Assembly (NCBI GenBank): GCA_037138355.1
Contig: JBAXIL010000005.1
Location: 1 to 61,264, forward strand
Source of the DNA: a bacterium
GTDB taxonomy: Bacteria > Oederibacteriota > PGYV01 > Palsa-1178
Length of the DNA: 61,264 nucleotides
Direction: 5' to 3'
Each line of letters opens with the position of its first letter. The stretch's first letter is position 1. Below the pieces are notes generated by a model. It was not told the DNA's origin. It saw only the letters and a list, made by a program, of their open reading frames with translations, and did not search any database. Positions 1 to 9,927 of this stretch are shown one piece after another. The position numbers were made by a program, and so were the translations under genes.

Positions 1-19
1 TCAACGACATTATTTTTTT

Positions 20-1264
20 TCATATTTTTTCAATGCCTCTTAAAAAGTGATACAAAGCAACATGTGTAGCTCTTATTCTGACATTTTCTCTGGATCCGAT
101 AAAGTTATTTTTATAGACCTCAACTTTACCTTTAATATCTATACCAATATATACTAACCCTACAGGTTTTTCTGCTGTGCCACCATCTGGTCCAGCAATT
201 CCCGTAACTGCTATAGCACAATCTGTCTTAAATATTTTCCTCGCAGCTTTTGCCATGGCCTCAGCACTCTCAGGACTTACCGCACCATATTGTTTTATTA
301 TATCTGCCTGAACTCCCAGTATATCTGTTTTGACTTCATTGGCATAAGAATTAATTCCACCAGTAAAATACGCCGAGCTGCCTGGAACATTAGTTAACCT
401 GTGAGCTACAAGCCCTGAGGTACAGGACTCTGCAGTTGAAACTTTCATTTTCTTTTTTAGCAATATCTCAGCGATTTTATTTTCAAGAGTTTCTTCATCT
501 TCTCCATAAATATATGTTCCAAGTCTTTCATATACTTGTTTTTTAAGTGCCTCAATTAACTTATGCGCCTCTGTCTCATTATTAGCTTTTGCTGTAAGTC
601 TTACTTCTACTTCATTTATATGTGCATAAACACCTATGGTAGGATTTTCCGATTTTTTAAACAAGTCCTGTATTTTATCATCTACTCTTGACTCGCCTAA
701 ACCTATTACTTTAAGTAATTTTGAAATTATAACTTGATGAGTGCCACCCATTTTTTTAATTAGATACGGCATTATTGCCGTTTCCATCATAGGATACATT
801 TCCGAAGGGACGCCAGGCATAACTGCTATTATTGTTGATTTATATTCAATGATAAAACCTGGAGCAGTGCCATTATTATTTTCTATACTGTTTGCACCTT
901 GAGGAATATATGCCTGAAGCTTATTGTTTTCAGTCATAGTTAATCCTCGACTGCTAAACATATGGTCTATCTTTTTTAATGCCTCTTTATCGAGTATAAG
1001 TGGACTATTTGCAAACTGCGCTACTGCCTCGCGCGTGATATCGTCAACCGTAGGACCCAAACCACCGGTAATTAAAACAAGGTCAGCCCTTTTGCAGGCT
1101 GTTTCCAAAACACTTTTAACTCTTTCTATATTATCTCCGGCAGTTGTTTTAAAATATAAGTTCACCCCTACCTCGGCAAGTTTTTTTCCGAGGTAGGCGG
1201 CATTAGTATCAATTATCTGGCCGAGCAAAAGCTCGGTTCCGATTGTTATTACTTCTGCATTCAC
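20..1264 (-). CDS. cinA: Competence/damage-inducible protein CinA (MoCF-like domain + PncC NMN deamidase domain)
   Basis: N-terminal IGTELLLGQIIDTN and TGGLGPTVDD motifs; C-terminal STAESCTSG and TGIAGPDGG motifs. Confidence 0.95.
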   Translation of the reverse strand: MNAEVITIGTELLLGQIIDTNAAYLGKKLAEVGVNLYFKTTAGDNIERVKSVLETACKRADLVLITGGLGPTVDDITREAVAQFANSPLILDKEALKKIDHMFSSRGLTMTENNKLQAYIPQGANSIENNNGTAPGFIIEYKSTIIAVMPGVPSEMYPMMETAIMPYLIKKMGGTHQVIISKLLKVIGLGESRVDDKIQDLFKKSENPTIGVYAHINEVEVRLTAKANNETEAHKLIEALKKQVYERLGTYIYGEDEETLENKIAEILLKKKMKVSTAESCTSGLVAHRLTNVPGSSAYFTGGINSYANEVKTDILGVQADIIKQYGAVSPESAEAMAKAARKIFKTDCAIAVTGIAGPDGGTAEKPVGLVYIGIDIKGKVEVYKNNFIGSRENVRIRATHVALYHFLRGIEKI

Positions 1265-2127
1265 TTCAAAGCTTCTTTCGCCTTACTAATGAGTGGTTCC
1301 ATCATAGATGTAAACTCCATAGGAATTATGTACTTTGTTGAAGCGCTGGTTCCAAGTGTTTTCAATGCTTCAAAATACTGAATAAGCATTGTCTTGGAAT
1401 CAATTTTTCCTGCCGCACTAAATATTTGTTCCAATGCCTGAGAATAACCCTGTGCGCGCAGTATCTGTGACTGTCTTTCTCCTTCTGCTTGAAGTATCTT
1501 TGACTGCTTATCACCTTCGGCCACTGTTATTGAGGCAGTTTTCTTTCCCTCCGCTTCAGTAACTAAAGCTCTTCTTGAACGCTCTGCAGACATTTGTTTA
1601 TTCATTGAATCTTGTATCTCGCGTGGCGGTGTTATCTCTCTTATTTCCACAGAAGTAACCTTGACTCCCCAACGCTCTGTCACTTCGTCCATTTTTGAAC
1701 GAAGTCTCATGTTTATCTCTTCTCTTTTTGCAAGGACATCATCAAGAATAATATCTCCAATTATTGAACGCAGGGTAGTAGTTGCAATACCCTGTGAGGC
1801 ACCAGCCATATTATTAACTTGAACAACGCTTTTTGTAGGATCAGTTACTTTCCAATAAATAAGAAAATCTATTGATATAGGAGCATTATCCTTCGTGATA
1901 CATGTCTGCTCTGGTATTTCCAAAAATGATTCACGCAGATCCACCCATACCGCCCTATCAACTGCAGGTATTAAAATCACAAGTCCTGGCCCTAATTCGC
2001 CAATACACCTGCCAAGACGAAAAACCACAAGACGCTGATACTCAGCCACAACTTTCACAAATGTTGAAACTGCAATTACAAGAACAACTATTATTGCTAT
2101 TACTATTCCCAGTAAGCTTCCACCCAT
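1261..2127 (-). CDS. SPFH/band-7 (stomatin-like) membrane protein
   Basis: N-terminal TM, VFRLGR, ITKDN, WGVKVTSVEI, AERSRRA coiled coil; follows nfeD. Confidence 0.93.
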   Translation of the reverse strand: MGGSLLGIVIAIIVVLVIAVSTFVKVVAEYQRLVVFRLGRCIGELGPGLVILIPAVDRAVWVDLRESFLEIPEQTCITKDNAPISIDFLIYWKVTDPTKSVVQVNNMAGASQGIATTTLRSIIGDIILDDVLAKREEINMRLRSKMDEVTERWGVKVTSVEIREITPPREIQDSMNKQMSAERSRRALVTEAEGKKTASITVAEGDKQSKILQAEGERQSQILRAQGYSQALEQIFSAAGKIDSKTMLIQYFEALKTLGTSASTKYIIPMEFTSMMEPLISKAKEALK

Positions 2128-2130
2128 TTT

Positions 2131-3468
2131 TTACCCTCCTGTTTTTCTTGGTATTTTTTTTACTTTAAGCTTCATTCCATTTACTTCAAGCACTTCCACT
2201 ATTTCTCTTATAGCGATTGGCTCTTCGGCTACTGCCTGCCATTCTTCACCACCAACATTTACTATCCCGGCAGTTTGTGTAATATCAGCAGAGACCACTC
2301 CTTTCAAACCTACTAAAATCTGAACACCTGTGATAGTTTTTTTCTTAAATGCTTTGATTACCGCAGCCACTATTAGTAAAAAGAAAGCCACAGTTATTAA
2401 AATCATTACAACCATTAACACGTATGACACCGCCCATTCCTCCCCAAGCCCACGACTTGGAAATAATAAAAGTGAACCTAATATCATAGACACCAATCCA
2501 CCCAAACTCAAAACACCATGAGTTGGATTCATGGTTTCAAGAAAGAAAAGAATTGCTGATAAACCGATTAATATAAGACCAGCCGTATTTATTGGTAAGC
2601 TATCAAAACCAATAAAAGCCAGCACTATCGCAATTGTTCCAGCAATCCCAGGTATCACAACTGTACCAGCATTTGCCAACTCAAAAATCAAACCGTATAT
2701 ACCTATTAAAAAAAGCACATAAACTATATTTGGATCAGATAATTGGTGCAAAAATTTATGTTTTTGTGACATACTCACTTTATTAAATTCATAATTTGTT
2801 GTATCAAGAACGATATTTTTTCCAGCAATATTAACTTTAAACTTATTGAGCTTTTTCATTAGTTCCTCTGTATCTTTCGCTGTCAAATCAATTACCTTTT
2901 CCTTCAAGGCGACTATTTCTGAAGAAGATATATTCTTTATTATTGCTTCCTCTGCCCATTTTTCATTTCTATTTTTTAAGCGTGCCAAATTTTTTATGTA
3001 TGCCACAGCATCATTGGTAATCTTTTCCGATGATATTTTTCCCTGAAAATCTACAGGATGTGCTGTTCCTATATTTGTACCATCTGCCATAGCAGCAATT
3101 GATGAGGACAGCAGGATAAATACTCCTGCCGAAGCCGCTCTCGCTCCTTTAGGCGTGATATATGTGATAACTGGAATTTTGGAACTGAGCATTTTATCGC
3201 AAATTTTTCTCATTGATTTGTCAAGACCGCCAGGAGTTTGTATAGTAAGAAGAACGCCTGAAGCATTTTCTTTTTCAGCAAGTGTGATTCCCTTTACCAC
3301 ATAGTCAGCTGTAGCGGCATCTATAATGCCTTCTACATCTAACTTAATATAAACAGTTTTTTTTAGAACTTGATTAGAGACCTTTTCTGCAGCCAATACT
3401 GCTGCCGAAAATAAAAGAGTTGTTAACAACATAATAAATATGATAAATTTTTTAGTCATAAATACCAC
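2131..3468 (-). CDS. nfeD: NfeD-family membrane-bound ClpP-class serine protease
   Basis: Signal peptide, TPGG, AASAG, NIGTAHP, TM region, C-terminal OB fold (GEEWQA). Confidence 0.92.
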   Translation of the reverse strand: MVFMTKKFIIFIMLLTTLLFSAAVLAAEKVSNQVLKKTVYIKLDVEGIIDAATADYVVKGITLAEKENASGVLLTIQTPGGLDKSMRKICDKMLSSKIPVITYITPKGARAASAGVFILLSSSIAAMADGTNIGTAHPVDFQGKISSEKITNDAVAYIKNLARLKNRNEKWAEEAIIKNISSSEIVALKEKVIDLTAKDTEELMKKLNKFKVNIAGKNIVLDTTNYEFNKVSMSQKHKFLHQLSDPNIVYVLFLIGIYGLIFELANAGTVVIPGIAGTIAIVLAFIGFDSLPINTAGLILIGLSAILFFLETMNPTHGVLSLGGLVSMILGSLLLFPSRGLGEEWAVSYVLMVVMILITVAFFLLIVAAVIKAFKKKTITGVQILVGLKGVVSADITQTAGIVNVGGEEWQAVAEEPIAIREIVEVLEVNGMKLKVKKIPRKTGG

Positions 3469-3488
3469 CTCGTTTTCGTTATAATGTA

Positions 3489-3517
3489 ATTGTAATATAG
3501 AAAAATGTAATAATCAA
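3489..3517 (-). promoter_or_regulatory. Sigma70-type promoter for nfeD-SPFH-cinA
   Basis: Minus strand TTGATT-17 nt-TACAAT upstream of nfeD. Confidence 0.55.
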
Positions 3518-3590
3518 GAGCATAAAAAGTTGATTAAAAAAGAGGCCAAATACTGATAATTATAATGAAAGAGCTTTGCTTATTCTCAAT

Positions 3591-4241
3591 TTAATTAAAA
3601 AGTGGATTTTTGATAAGAACAGCCACAAAACATTGTAAAATCAATATAATATAAATGACAAATACTATTTTAAAACCATTTTTTTCATCAGCATAATGCT
3701 GTGAACCTTTAGCATTTCTTACACATAAAAACAACGCTACCAATGCTGCTACTGGAACTGCAATCCACGCTTGCAAGTAATCCAGCATAAATAGCTTTAT
3801 CGTAAAAGCAGATGCAAGCACAAATAAATATGCATTCGTCAATCCAAACTTTCTTGTTATATCATTGTACATTTCAGCCGTAAATAAAACAAATACAAAT
3901 CCTGATGCTAAAAATATATAAGGAGTGAATATGTTATACGGTAAAATAAGGAACGAAAACATAGATAGCATAAAAGCAAAAAAGTAAGGCATAAGCAATG
4001 GTGTCTTTACTAAATCATTTGAATAAATTGTAATTACAGCCACTTGCCATGCCACTATAATAAACCATCTCGAATCAACAGCAATTATTTTAAGCAATAT
4101 GCCACCAACTGTAACAAGAAGCAGAACAATCATTACAATAATAGAGGTTTTATCAGGTCTCATGGCAGTTTTAAAGATTTTATCTCTAAAAGCCACTAAG
4201 AAAACACCAGTAACAATAATAAACAAAAACAGCTGGTCCAT
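3591..4241 (-). CDS. Hypothetical polytopic membrane protein (~7 TM)
   Basis: 216 aa, very hydrophobic; AAGGAG RBS before ATG. Confidence 0.75.
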   Translation of the reverse strand: MDQLFLFIIVTGVFLVAFRDKIFKTAMRPDKTSIIVMIVLLLVTVGGILLKIIAVDSRWFIIVAWQVAVITIYSNDLVKTPLLMPYFFAFMLSMFSFLILPYNIFTPYIFLASGFVFVLFTAEMYNDITRKFGLTNAYLFVLASAFTIKLFMLDYLQAWIAVPVAALVALFLCVRNAKGSQHYADEKNGFKIVFVIYIILILQCFVAVLIKNPLFN

Positions 4242-4243
4242 AA

Positions 4244-4402
4244 TTACTCCTTTGTGAAAGTATCCATAAACAGCAGTAAATTAATTACAAATGCGACTGC
4301 CATAAATATGGAAGTAAATGAAAATGGAGACATAATAAACGCTGTCACTGTAATACCTGCCATGCATAGCAGATATATTAAAATCATAGTTTTATTTTTC
4401 AT
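4244..4402 (-). CDS. Small 52-aa two-TM protein not in the ORF track (MKNKTMILIYLLCMAGITVTAFIMSPFSFTSIFMAVAFVINLLLFMDTFTKE)
   Basis: Translated by hand; fills the gap between the two flanking minus-strand genes (3 nt and 2 nt gaps). Confidence 0.7.
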   Translation of the reverse strand: MKNKTMILIYLLCMAGITVTAFIMSPFSFTSIFMAVAFVINLLLFMDTFTKE

Positions 4403-4405
4403 TTT

Positions 4406-5689
4406 TCACCATTTATATAGCATAACCAAAGCCATGCTAAAGAATAACAACATGATTAAAGAACTCAAATTAAAAATACTTTTAAAACTACCCTTAATTC
4501 TTTTTATCATTGAAAACAAAGTAAACAACTTATTTAATAGAGCAGGTGAATAAAGAGCCACTCCAATTAACAATACTGCATGAGTGATTGGATTTGGATT
4601 GATGTTTTTATATATCAGCAATATCATAAAACACTCTGCACATAAGCCTGCAATAACAGAAAGTAATAAGTTTAAATTATCAGGTATCTTTTCAAAAGAG
4701 TACTTAACACCATCCATAGTCTGCTTCGCAGAATTAGGTGTGCTAAGAGCCGCCAAACCAAATGCCACCTGCAAAATAAACAATCCACTATATGTGGCTA
4801 CTTGTATTTGTGTCAAAGAGGAGCTCACCACTCCGAGCAATCCTAAAAAAAACAATAAATATACATCTCTCAAAACAAATAGCGCATATTTTTCCTCTGT
4901 CACAGATTTAAAAGATGCTCCAAGCAATAAAAGAGTAAGCGCGAGTGACATAAACGGTACGAGCAAGATAGATTGATTTTGCATAATCATAAAAGTCAAT
5001 ATGACAAACTGTGCAAGTACAGTAAGGAAACTAATAAGTGGTCCAGTCGGCATAAAAAGCTGCTTTAATCGTGGCAATTCACGCTTTGTGGTAGTATAAA
5101 AACTCCCTACTGTTGTCAATAAAAGCAAAAATATCATGCCGTTAAATGCCAATTTCTGTATTTTTAAGTCCTGTGGATTCGACAAAAAAAGTATCATAAA
5201 AGCAACAGTTGGAATGAAATTAAGTATTTTATGGATAAGCAGTCCTTCGCTTAACCCTTTTTCTGCTTCTATCTCTTTTTCTTTAAAGAGTATAACAAAA
5301 ATATCAGCAACGAAAAAACCAACTATTTGTATTACAAGTTCACTACCGGATAAAGACAAGGCAAATATAAACATAAATGATGAAATACTTAAGAAAAAAT
5401 ATTCGCTAAATTTGTTAAATTTTAAAGAAAAAAGAACCAAGAAAGCCATCATAAAAAACACAAACAGCCCTACCCTTCGGGCAATAAGACCATTTGAGAA
5501 TGCTTCAGCATCCGCACTGTAAAGATATGTAAAGACCGCAGCAACAATGGCTACTATCGCTGCCACTGCTAATACTGTTTTATTGAGCCAGTCAATATTA
5601 ATTTTGAAAACATAAAAGACAAGAAAAATAAACGCCGCAAGTCCAAAAACAATTTGTGGAGCTGGAACAACTATATAATCCATATTCAC
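4406..5689 (-). CDS. Polytopic membrane protein, distantly NuoN/Mrp-antiporter-like and degenerate
   Basis: ~13-14 TM; N-terminal PQIVF, EYFFL...IEAEK and PTGPLISFL resemble NuoN spacing by eye; conserved Glu/Lys not seen. Confidence 0.55.
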   Translation of the reverse strand: MNMDYIVVPAPQIVFGLAAFIFLVFYVFKINIDWLNKTVLAVAAIVAIVAAVFTYLYSADAEAFSNGLIARRVGLFVFFMMAFLVLFSLKFNKFSEYFFLSISSFMFIFALSLSGSELVIQIVGFFVADIFVILFKEKEIEAEKGLSEGLLIHKILNFIPTVAFMILFLSNPQDLKIQKLAFNGMIFLLLLTTVGSFYTTTKRELPRLKQLFMPTGPLISFLTVLAQFVILTFMIMQNQSILLVPFMSLALTLLLLGASFKSVTEEKYALFVLRDVYLLFFLGLLGVVSSSLTQIQVATYSGLFILQVAFGLAALSTPNSAKQTMDGVKYSFEKIPDNLNLLLSVIAGLCAECFMILLIYKNINPNPITHAVLLIGVALYSPALLNKLFTLFSMIKRIKGSFKSIFNLSSLIMLLFFSMALVMLYKW

Positions 5690-6942
5690 TAAATCACGCC
5701 CCTTAAAGCAACTGTGAATATTTTTCCAGTATGCTGAGTTGCCACATACAGTGTCTTTTTATCTGTGGATAAAGCCAACCACCGTGGAGTGTCGTCTTTA
5801 AAATTCAATTCAAAGATGGTGCGTTTTTGTTTTAAATCTACAAAAATAACCTTGTCTTTCACTGGCACAGAAATATACATATATCTTTTACTTTTTGAAA
5901 GTACGGCATCAAAAATACCGCCTTCTACCATCATGTCATATTTAAGGTTATAATTAATCCTGTCAAAAACTAATATTGTGGACTGGTGGTTATAAGCATA
6001 TTCCCATTCGTTTATTATGGCTATATCACGGTTGGATATAGCGACCATTTCAGAAGGTGAAATGCCGGTATTAACTTTTGTCAATATAAGTTGTTCCTTT
6101 TCTACATCTATTACCTGTATTGTATTAGTATATTTGCAACAGACATATAAGTATCGATTATCAGGAGACAAATACAAATCAGAAGGCCACTTCCCTACTG
6201 CTATCTTATTTTCAACATTGACTTCTTTTGAACTAAGATCAAGGATTGAGACATTATTAGATCCCATATTAGCTACATAAAGTAGATTTTTTTTATGATT
6301 TACAGCAAGCGCACACGGAAACGAGCCTCCACTATATACAGTGACAGCTTTGGCATTTTCTAAATTATGAATTGTAATTGTATTTGAATTTTTATTAGCC
6401 GAAAACAATATGCCATTATTGACTATTATTCCTGTTGGCATTTTTCCAGTAGGAATTATAGTTTTTTTACTCTTTGTACTTAAATTAAATACCTCTATAA
6501 AATCGTTTCTCTCAGAAGCTACATATAATTCATTTTTCACTGGTGAGAGAATTTTAGATGGAATAAATCCAAGATTTAATTCGCCAGTTACACGAGGAAA
6601 GTTTGAAGTATTACCAGTACAACCCGAAGCAAATAATACAAGAAACACCAAAGCAACTATGATATATGCAAATCTTAATTTTGATTCATTTTTCAGGAAG
6701 TCATAATTAGAAAATACCAAAACTGCAATAAATGCAGTAATTATTCCAACAATCGCTGTTAATCCAAGAAGTGACATGGTCAAAATATTTCCAGCAATTA
6801 CCCATAATATCATTAATTTAAGGGCTATAATTACAGCAATTATAAACTTGTTTTTGTCCTGTTTCAAAAACAGAAAATAGCCAGAACTCAAAGAGAACAA
6901 CAAAACAAGCACAAAAAATATTTCATTCATTTTCAATTCCAC
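5689..6942 (-). CDS. N-terminal multi-TM domain fused to a YVTN/YncE-type beta-propeller
   Basis: Repeats LYVASE, LFSANK, LYVANMGSNNVSILD, LSPDNRYLYV, LSTDKKTLYVA; four hydrophobic segments ending in FASGC. Confidence 0.8.
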   Translation of the reverse strand: MELKMNEIFFVLVLLFSLSSGYFLFLKQDKNKFIIAVIIALKLMILWVIAGNILTMSLLGLTAIVGIITAFIAVLVFSNYDFLKNESKLRFAYIIVALVFLVLFASGCTGNTSNFPRVTGELNLGFIPSKILSPVKNELYVASERNDFIEVFNLSTKSKKTIIPTGKMPTGIIVNNGILFSANKNSNTITIHNLENAKAVTVYSGGSFPCALAVNHKKNLLYVANMGSNNVSILDLSSKEVNVENKIAVGKWPSDLYLSPDNRYLYVCCKYTNTIQVIDVEKEQLILTKVNTGISPSEMVAISNRDIAIINEWEYAYNHQSTILVFDRINYNLKYDMMVEGGIFDAVLSKSKRYMYISVPVKDKVIFVDLKQKRTIFELNFKDDTPRWLALSTDKKTLYVATQHTGKIFTVALRGVI

Positions 6943-7387
6943 CTGTTTTTTCCTTCAAAACAAAATATAAGGTAGTAAAAACTGTACAAAAAACAAAAAA
7001 CACTGCTGAATATGGTTTAACTGGATTGACCACCACAGTAGATTCACGATTCACAACAACAAATAAAATAGTATAAGCAATTATGGCGAAAATACCCGCT
7101 GCTATAAAAATATAATCAACAGTTTTTAATTTATAATTTATATTTACTTTGTTTGGAAGGAATATAATAAAAGAATTAAGTATGAATCCGAAAGCAGAAA
7201 ATAAGAAAAGCTTTACTTCTGGAACTCCACCAATGGCAAGAAGTGTGACAATAATTGCATCTAATACATACAAAGAAATTATTTTGGTAATTGTATTTTT
7301 AAAGAATAGGACAGCCATGTACATGACCGCGACGAACACGATGATATTAACAGCCACGGACACCTGCCCTTCCAGTCGATATGACAA
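6923..7387 (-). CDS. Hypothetical 5-TM membrane protein, possibly degenerate NuoJ-like (true start may be a GTG near 7360)
   Basis: TM pattern and FFKNTITKIISL resemble NuoJ by eye; overlaps the next gene. Confidence 0.55.
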   Translation of the reverse strand: MSYRLEGQVSVAVNIIVFVAVMYMAVLFFKNTITKIISLYVLDAIIVTLLAIGGVPEVKLFLFSAFGFILNSFIIFLPNKVNINYKLKTVDYIFIAAGIFAIIAYTILFVVVNRESTVVVNPVKPYSAVFFVFCTVFTTLYFVLKEKTGGIENE

Positions 7388-7441
7388 AAAACATTATGCC
7401 ATGTCTTACTTGGCAATAAAGCTAATATTACAAAAAGCTAT

Positions 7442-8368
7442 TTATTGTTTTGTATCTTTATTCTTTTTCTCATAATTTTCCCAGTCCACTATAAGAGGTG
7501 AAGCCAGAAAGTATGAAGAATATGTTCCTATGCATATACCAACTACCAATGCAAACGAAAATGTGTGAAGTATACTTCCACCAAAAAGCAACAATGACAG
7601 AGCAACCGCAAGTGTGGTGAATGAAGTTATGATAGTTCTGCTCAATACTTCATTAATGCTGTTATTGACAAGCTCCTGATAAGATATCTTCAAAATATGC
7701 TTCATATTTTCTCTGATTCTGTCAAATACTACGACAGTATCGGTAAGCGAGTAACCGCCTATAGTTAAAAGAGCCGTAATTACAAGAAGGTCTATCTCCT
7801 TGCCAAACAAAACCATGATTCCTAATACAGCCAAAACATCATGAAGTGTAGCAAGTGTGGCTGAGACAGCAAACTTAAACTTAAAACGAATCCATATATA
7901 AACAAGAATTCCAATAAGCGCCCAGAACACAGCCTGAAGTGCCTTTGATTTTAACTGAGAACTCACAACTCCGCCTATTTCATTTTGTTCAAGAACGATC
8001 ATGCCAGAATCACCTGTTTCTTTTTTCAATAATTCCGTTAAAACGCCCGAAGCATTATCATTTTTTAGTTCCTGAGTTCCTACCCTAATAATAAAAGTTT
8101 TATCCGAAAGTGGTCCTACTTGTTGTATGACAGCCTGCTTCATATCACTCTTGTCAAGAACGCTGCGAATAGCATTAACAGACACATCATTTGCAAACTT
8201 AAGAGTAACAGATATTCCACCAGTAAAATCAAGACCCATTTTTGCTTTGCCTGTGGCTACCTGAAATACAGCAAACAAACCATTTAATACCAATAGTAAA
8301 GAAATAAAATATGCTATTTTCCTTACCGCTAAAAAATTTAATTTTGGATTCTTAATTATTTCAATCAT
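7442..8368 (-). CDS. secF: Protein translocase subunit SecF
   Basis: GLDFTGG, LHDV, GYSLTDTVVVFDRIREN, SRTIITS. Confidence 0.97.
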   Translation of the reverse strand: MIEIIKNPKLNFLAVRKIAYFISLLLVLNGLFAVFQVATGKAKMGLDFTGGISVTLKFANDVSVNAIRSVLDKSDMKQAVIQQVGPLSDKTFIIRVGTQELKNDNASGVLTELLKKETGDSGMIVLEQNEIGGVVSSQLKSKALQAVFWALIGILVYIWIRFKFKFAVSATLATLHDVLAVLGIMVLFGKEIDLLVITALLTIGGYSLTDTVVVFDRIRENMKHILKISYQELVNNSINEVLSRTIITSFTTLAVALSLLLFGGSILHTFSFALVVGICIGTYSSYFLASPLIVDWENYEKKNKDTKQ

Positions 8369-8380
8369 TGTTTCCTCCAG

Positions 8381-9724
8381 TTATATACTTAATTTTTTAT
8401 ATTGTTTTCTCATATCAAAGATTGACTGAGTGATAAAATAAGCCGTAAAGAGAGAGATTGTTAAGCCCCAGAAAAGCGTAACAGCAAAACCGCGTATGGC
8501 ACCCGTTCCAAACTGGAACAAAATTGCCGCAGTTATAAGTGAAGTTACATGGGAGTCGATAATAGTCCAAAGCGCTCGATGATATCCAGAATCTATAGCA
8601 GCTCGAATAGTTTTTCCGCCACGCATTTCTTCCCTTATTCTTTCTAAAATAAGCACATTGGCATCAACTGCAATACCAAGTGTCAAAGTCATACCAGCTA
8701 TACCTGGCAATGTGAGTGTCGCATTTAAAGCCGCGAGTACACCAAGCACAAAGAGCACATTAAATAAAAGTGCCAAATCAGCCATAATGCCTGACAAGCC
8801 GTAATAAAATGCCATAAAGAATACAACAACCAGCGCACCTATTACTATTGACTTTTGTCCTTTTGCTATTGAATCAGCACCAAGTGATGGACCCACTACA
8901 TATTTATTAATTATTTTTACTGGTGCTGGTAATGCACCCGCGCGAAGTATTAAAGATAAATCTTTAGCATCTTCAAGCGTGAAGTTTCCTTCTATGATTC
9001 CTTCTCCACCGCTGATTCTTGTTTTTATCACTGGATCTGAATAAACTTTATCATCCAATATTATAGCAAGTCTTTTTCCGACATTGTCTCCAGTAATTTC
9101 TGCAAAACGCTGTCCGCCTTCAGGCGAGAACTTGAACCACACCACAGGCACGCCCGACTGCCCAAGCTGAACTTTTGAATCTACCAGGTCTGCACCTGTT
9201 AACATATCCTTATTTAATATTACGAGCCTTTCGCCTTCCCTGTTTGCAATAATTCTATCTTCGGCAGGGATTTTTGAAGCGACTGTGTTTCCTTTGGCGT
9301 CAGTCATTTCAGATATTTTATTTCTTTCATCTATCATTTTAAACTCAAGCAAAGCAGTTTTTCCTACAATAGAGAGCGCTCTTTCAGGATCTTTTACTCC
9401 TGGTAACTGTATGACAATATATTTATCACCTTCTCTTGTAATTAATGGTTCTGAAACGCCGAGCGCATCAATTCTATTTCTTAATATTTCAAGTGCTCTT
9501 GTTACTGCTTCTTCAAGTTTTACACTTGCTGGCATTTTATCAGTATCAATGGCAAGCTTTAAATACATGCCACCCTGAAGATCCAAGCCAAGCTTAATCT
9601 TACCCTTTTCAAGTACATTACCCTGTGCATCCTTAATGTCAAAAGGCGGGTAAATCTTCCAAACCGAAAAAATAACCATAATAATGGTAAGTATCAAAGT
9701 AATTTGCATCCTTCTTTGCATCAT
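8381..9724 (-). CDS. secD: Protein translocase subunit SecD
   Basis: LGLDLQGG, LRAGALPAP, VGPSLG, AVDANVLILERIREE. Confidence 0.97.
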   Translation of the reverse strand: MMQRRMQITLILTIIMVIFSVWKIYPPFDIKDAQGNVLEKGKIKLGLDLQGGMYLKLAIDTDKMPASVKLEEAVTRALEILRNRIDALGVSEPLITREGDKYIVIQLPGVKDPERALSIVGKTALLEFKMIDERNKISEMTDAKGNTVASKIPAEDRIIANREGERLVILNKDMLTGADLVDSKVQLGQSGVPVVWFKFSPEGGQRFAEITGDNVGKRLAIILDDKVYSDPVIKTRISGGEGIIEGNFTLEDAKDLSLILRAGALPAPVKIINKYVVGPSLGADSIAKGQKSIVIGALVVVFFMAFYYGLSGIMADLALLFNVLFVLGVLAALNATLTLPGIAGMTLTLGIAVDANVLILERIREEMRGGKTIRAAIDSGYHRALWTIIDSHVTSLITAAILFQFGTGAIRGFAVTLFWGLTISLFTAYFITQSIFDMRKQYKKLSI

Positions 9725-9880
9725 ATCCTCCTGAAAATGTAAGGGCTAAGACAAGCCCTTAGTTTTACAAAAAAAATGTCAACAAAACAATGAATAATAA
9801 TAACATATCTATACATCATATATCAACTGATTTTTTTGCTGTTTTCGCATAATTTCGTCATAAAACAGGCCATTTACAAC

Positions 9881-9907
9881 AAAAAAAGGCGGCCTTTCAG
9901 CCGCCTT
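9881..9907 (-). terminator. Intrinsic terminator of the transketolase operon
   Basis: AAGGCGGC-loop-GCCGCCTT stem followed by a T-run on the minus strand. Confidence 0.85.
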
Positions 9908-9927
9908 CCTATATAATAATGAAATAC

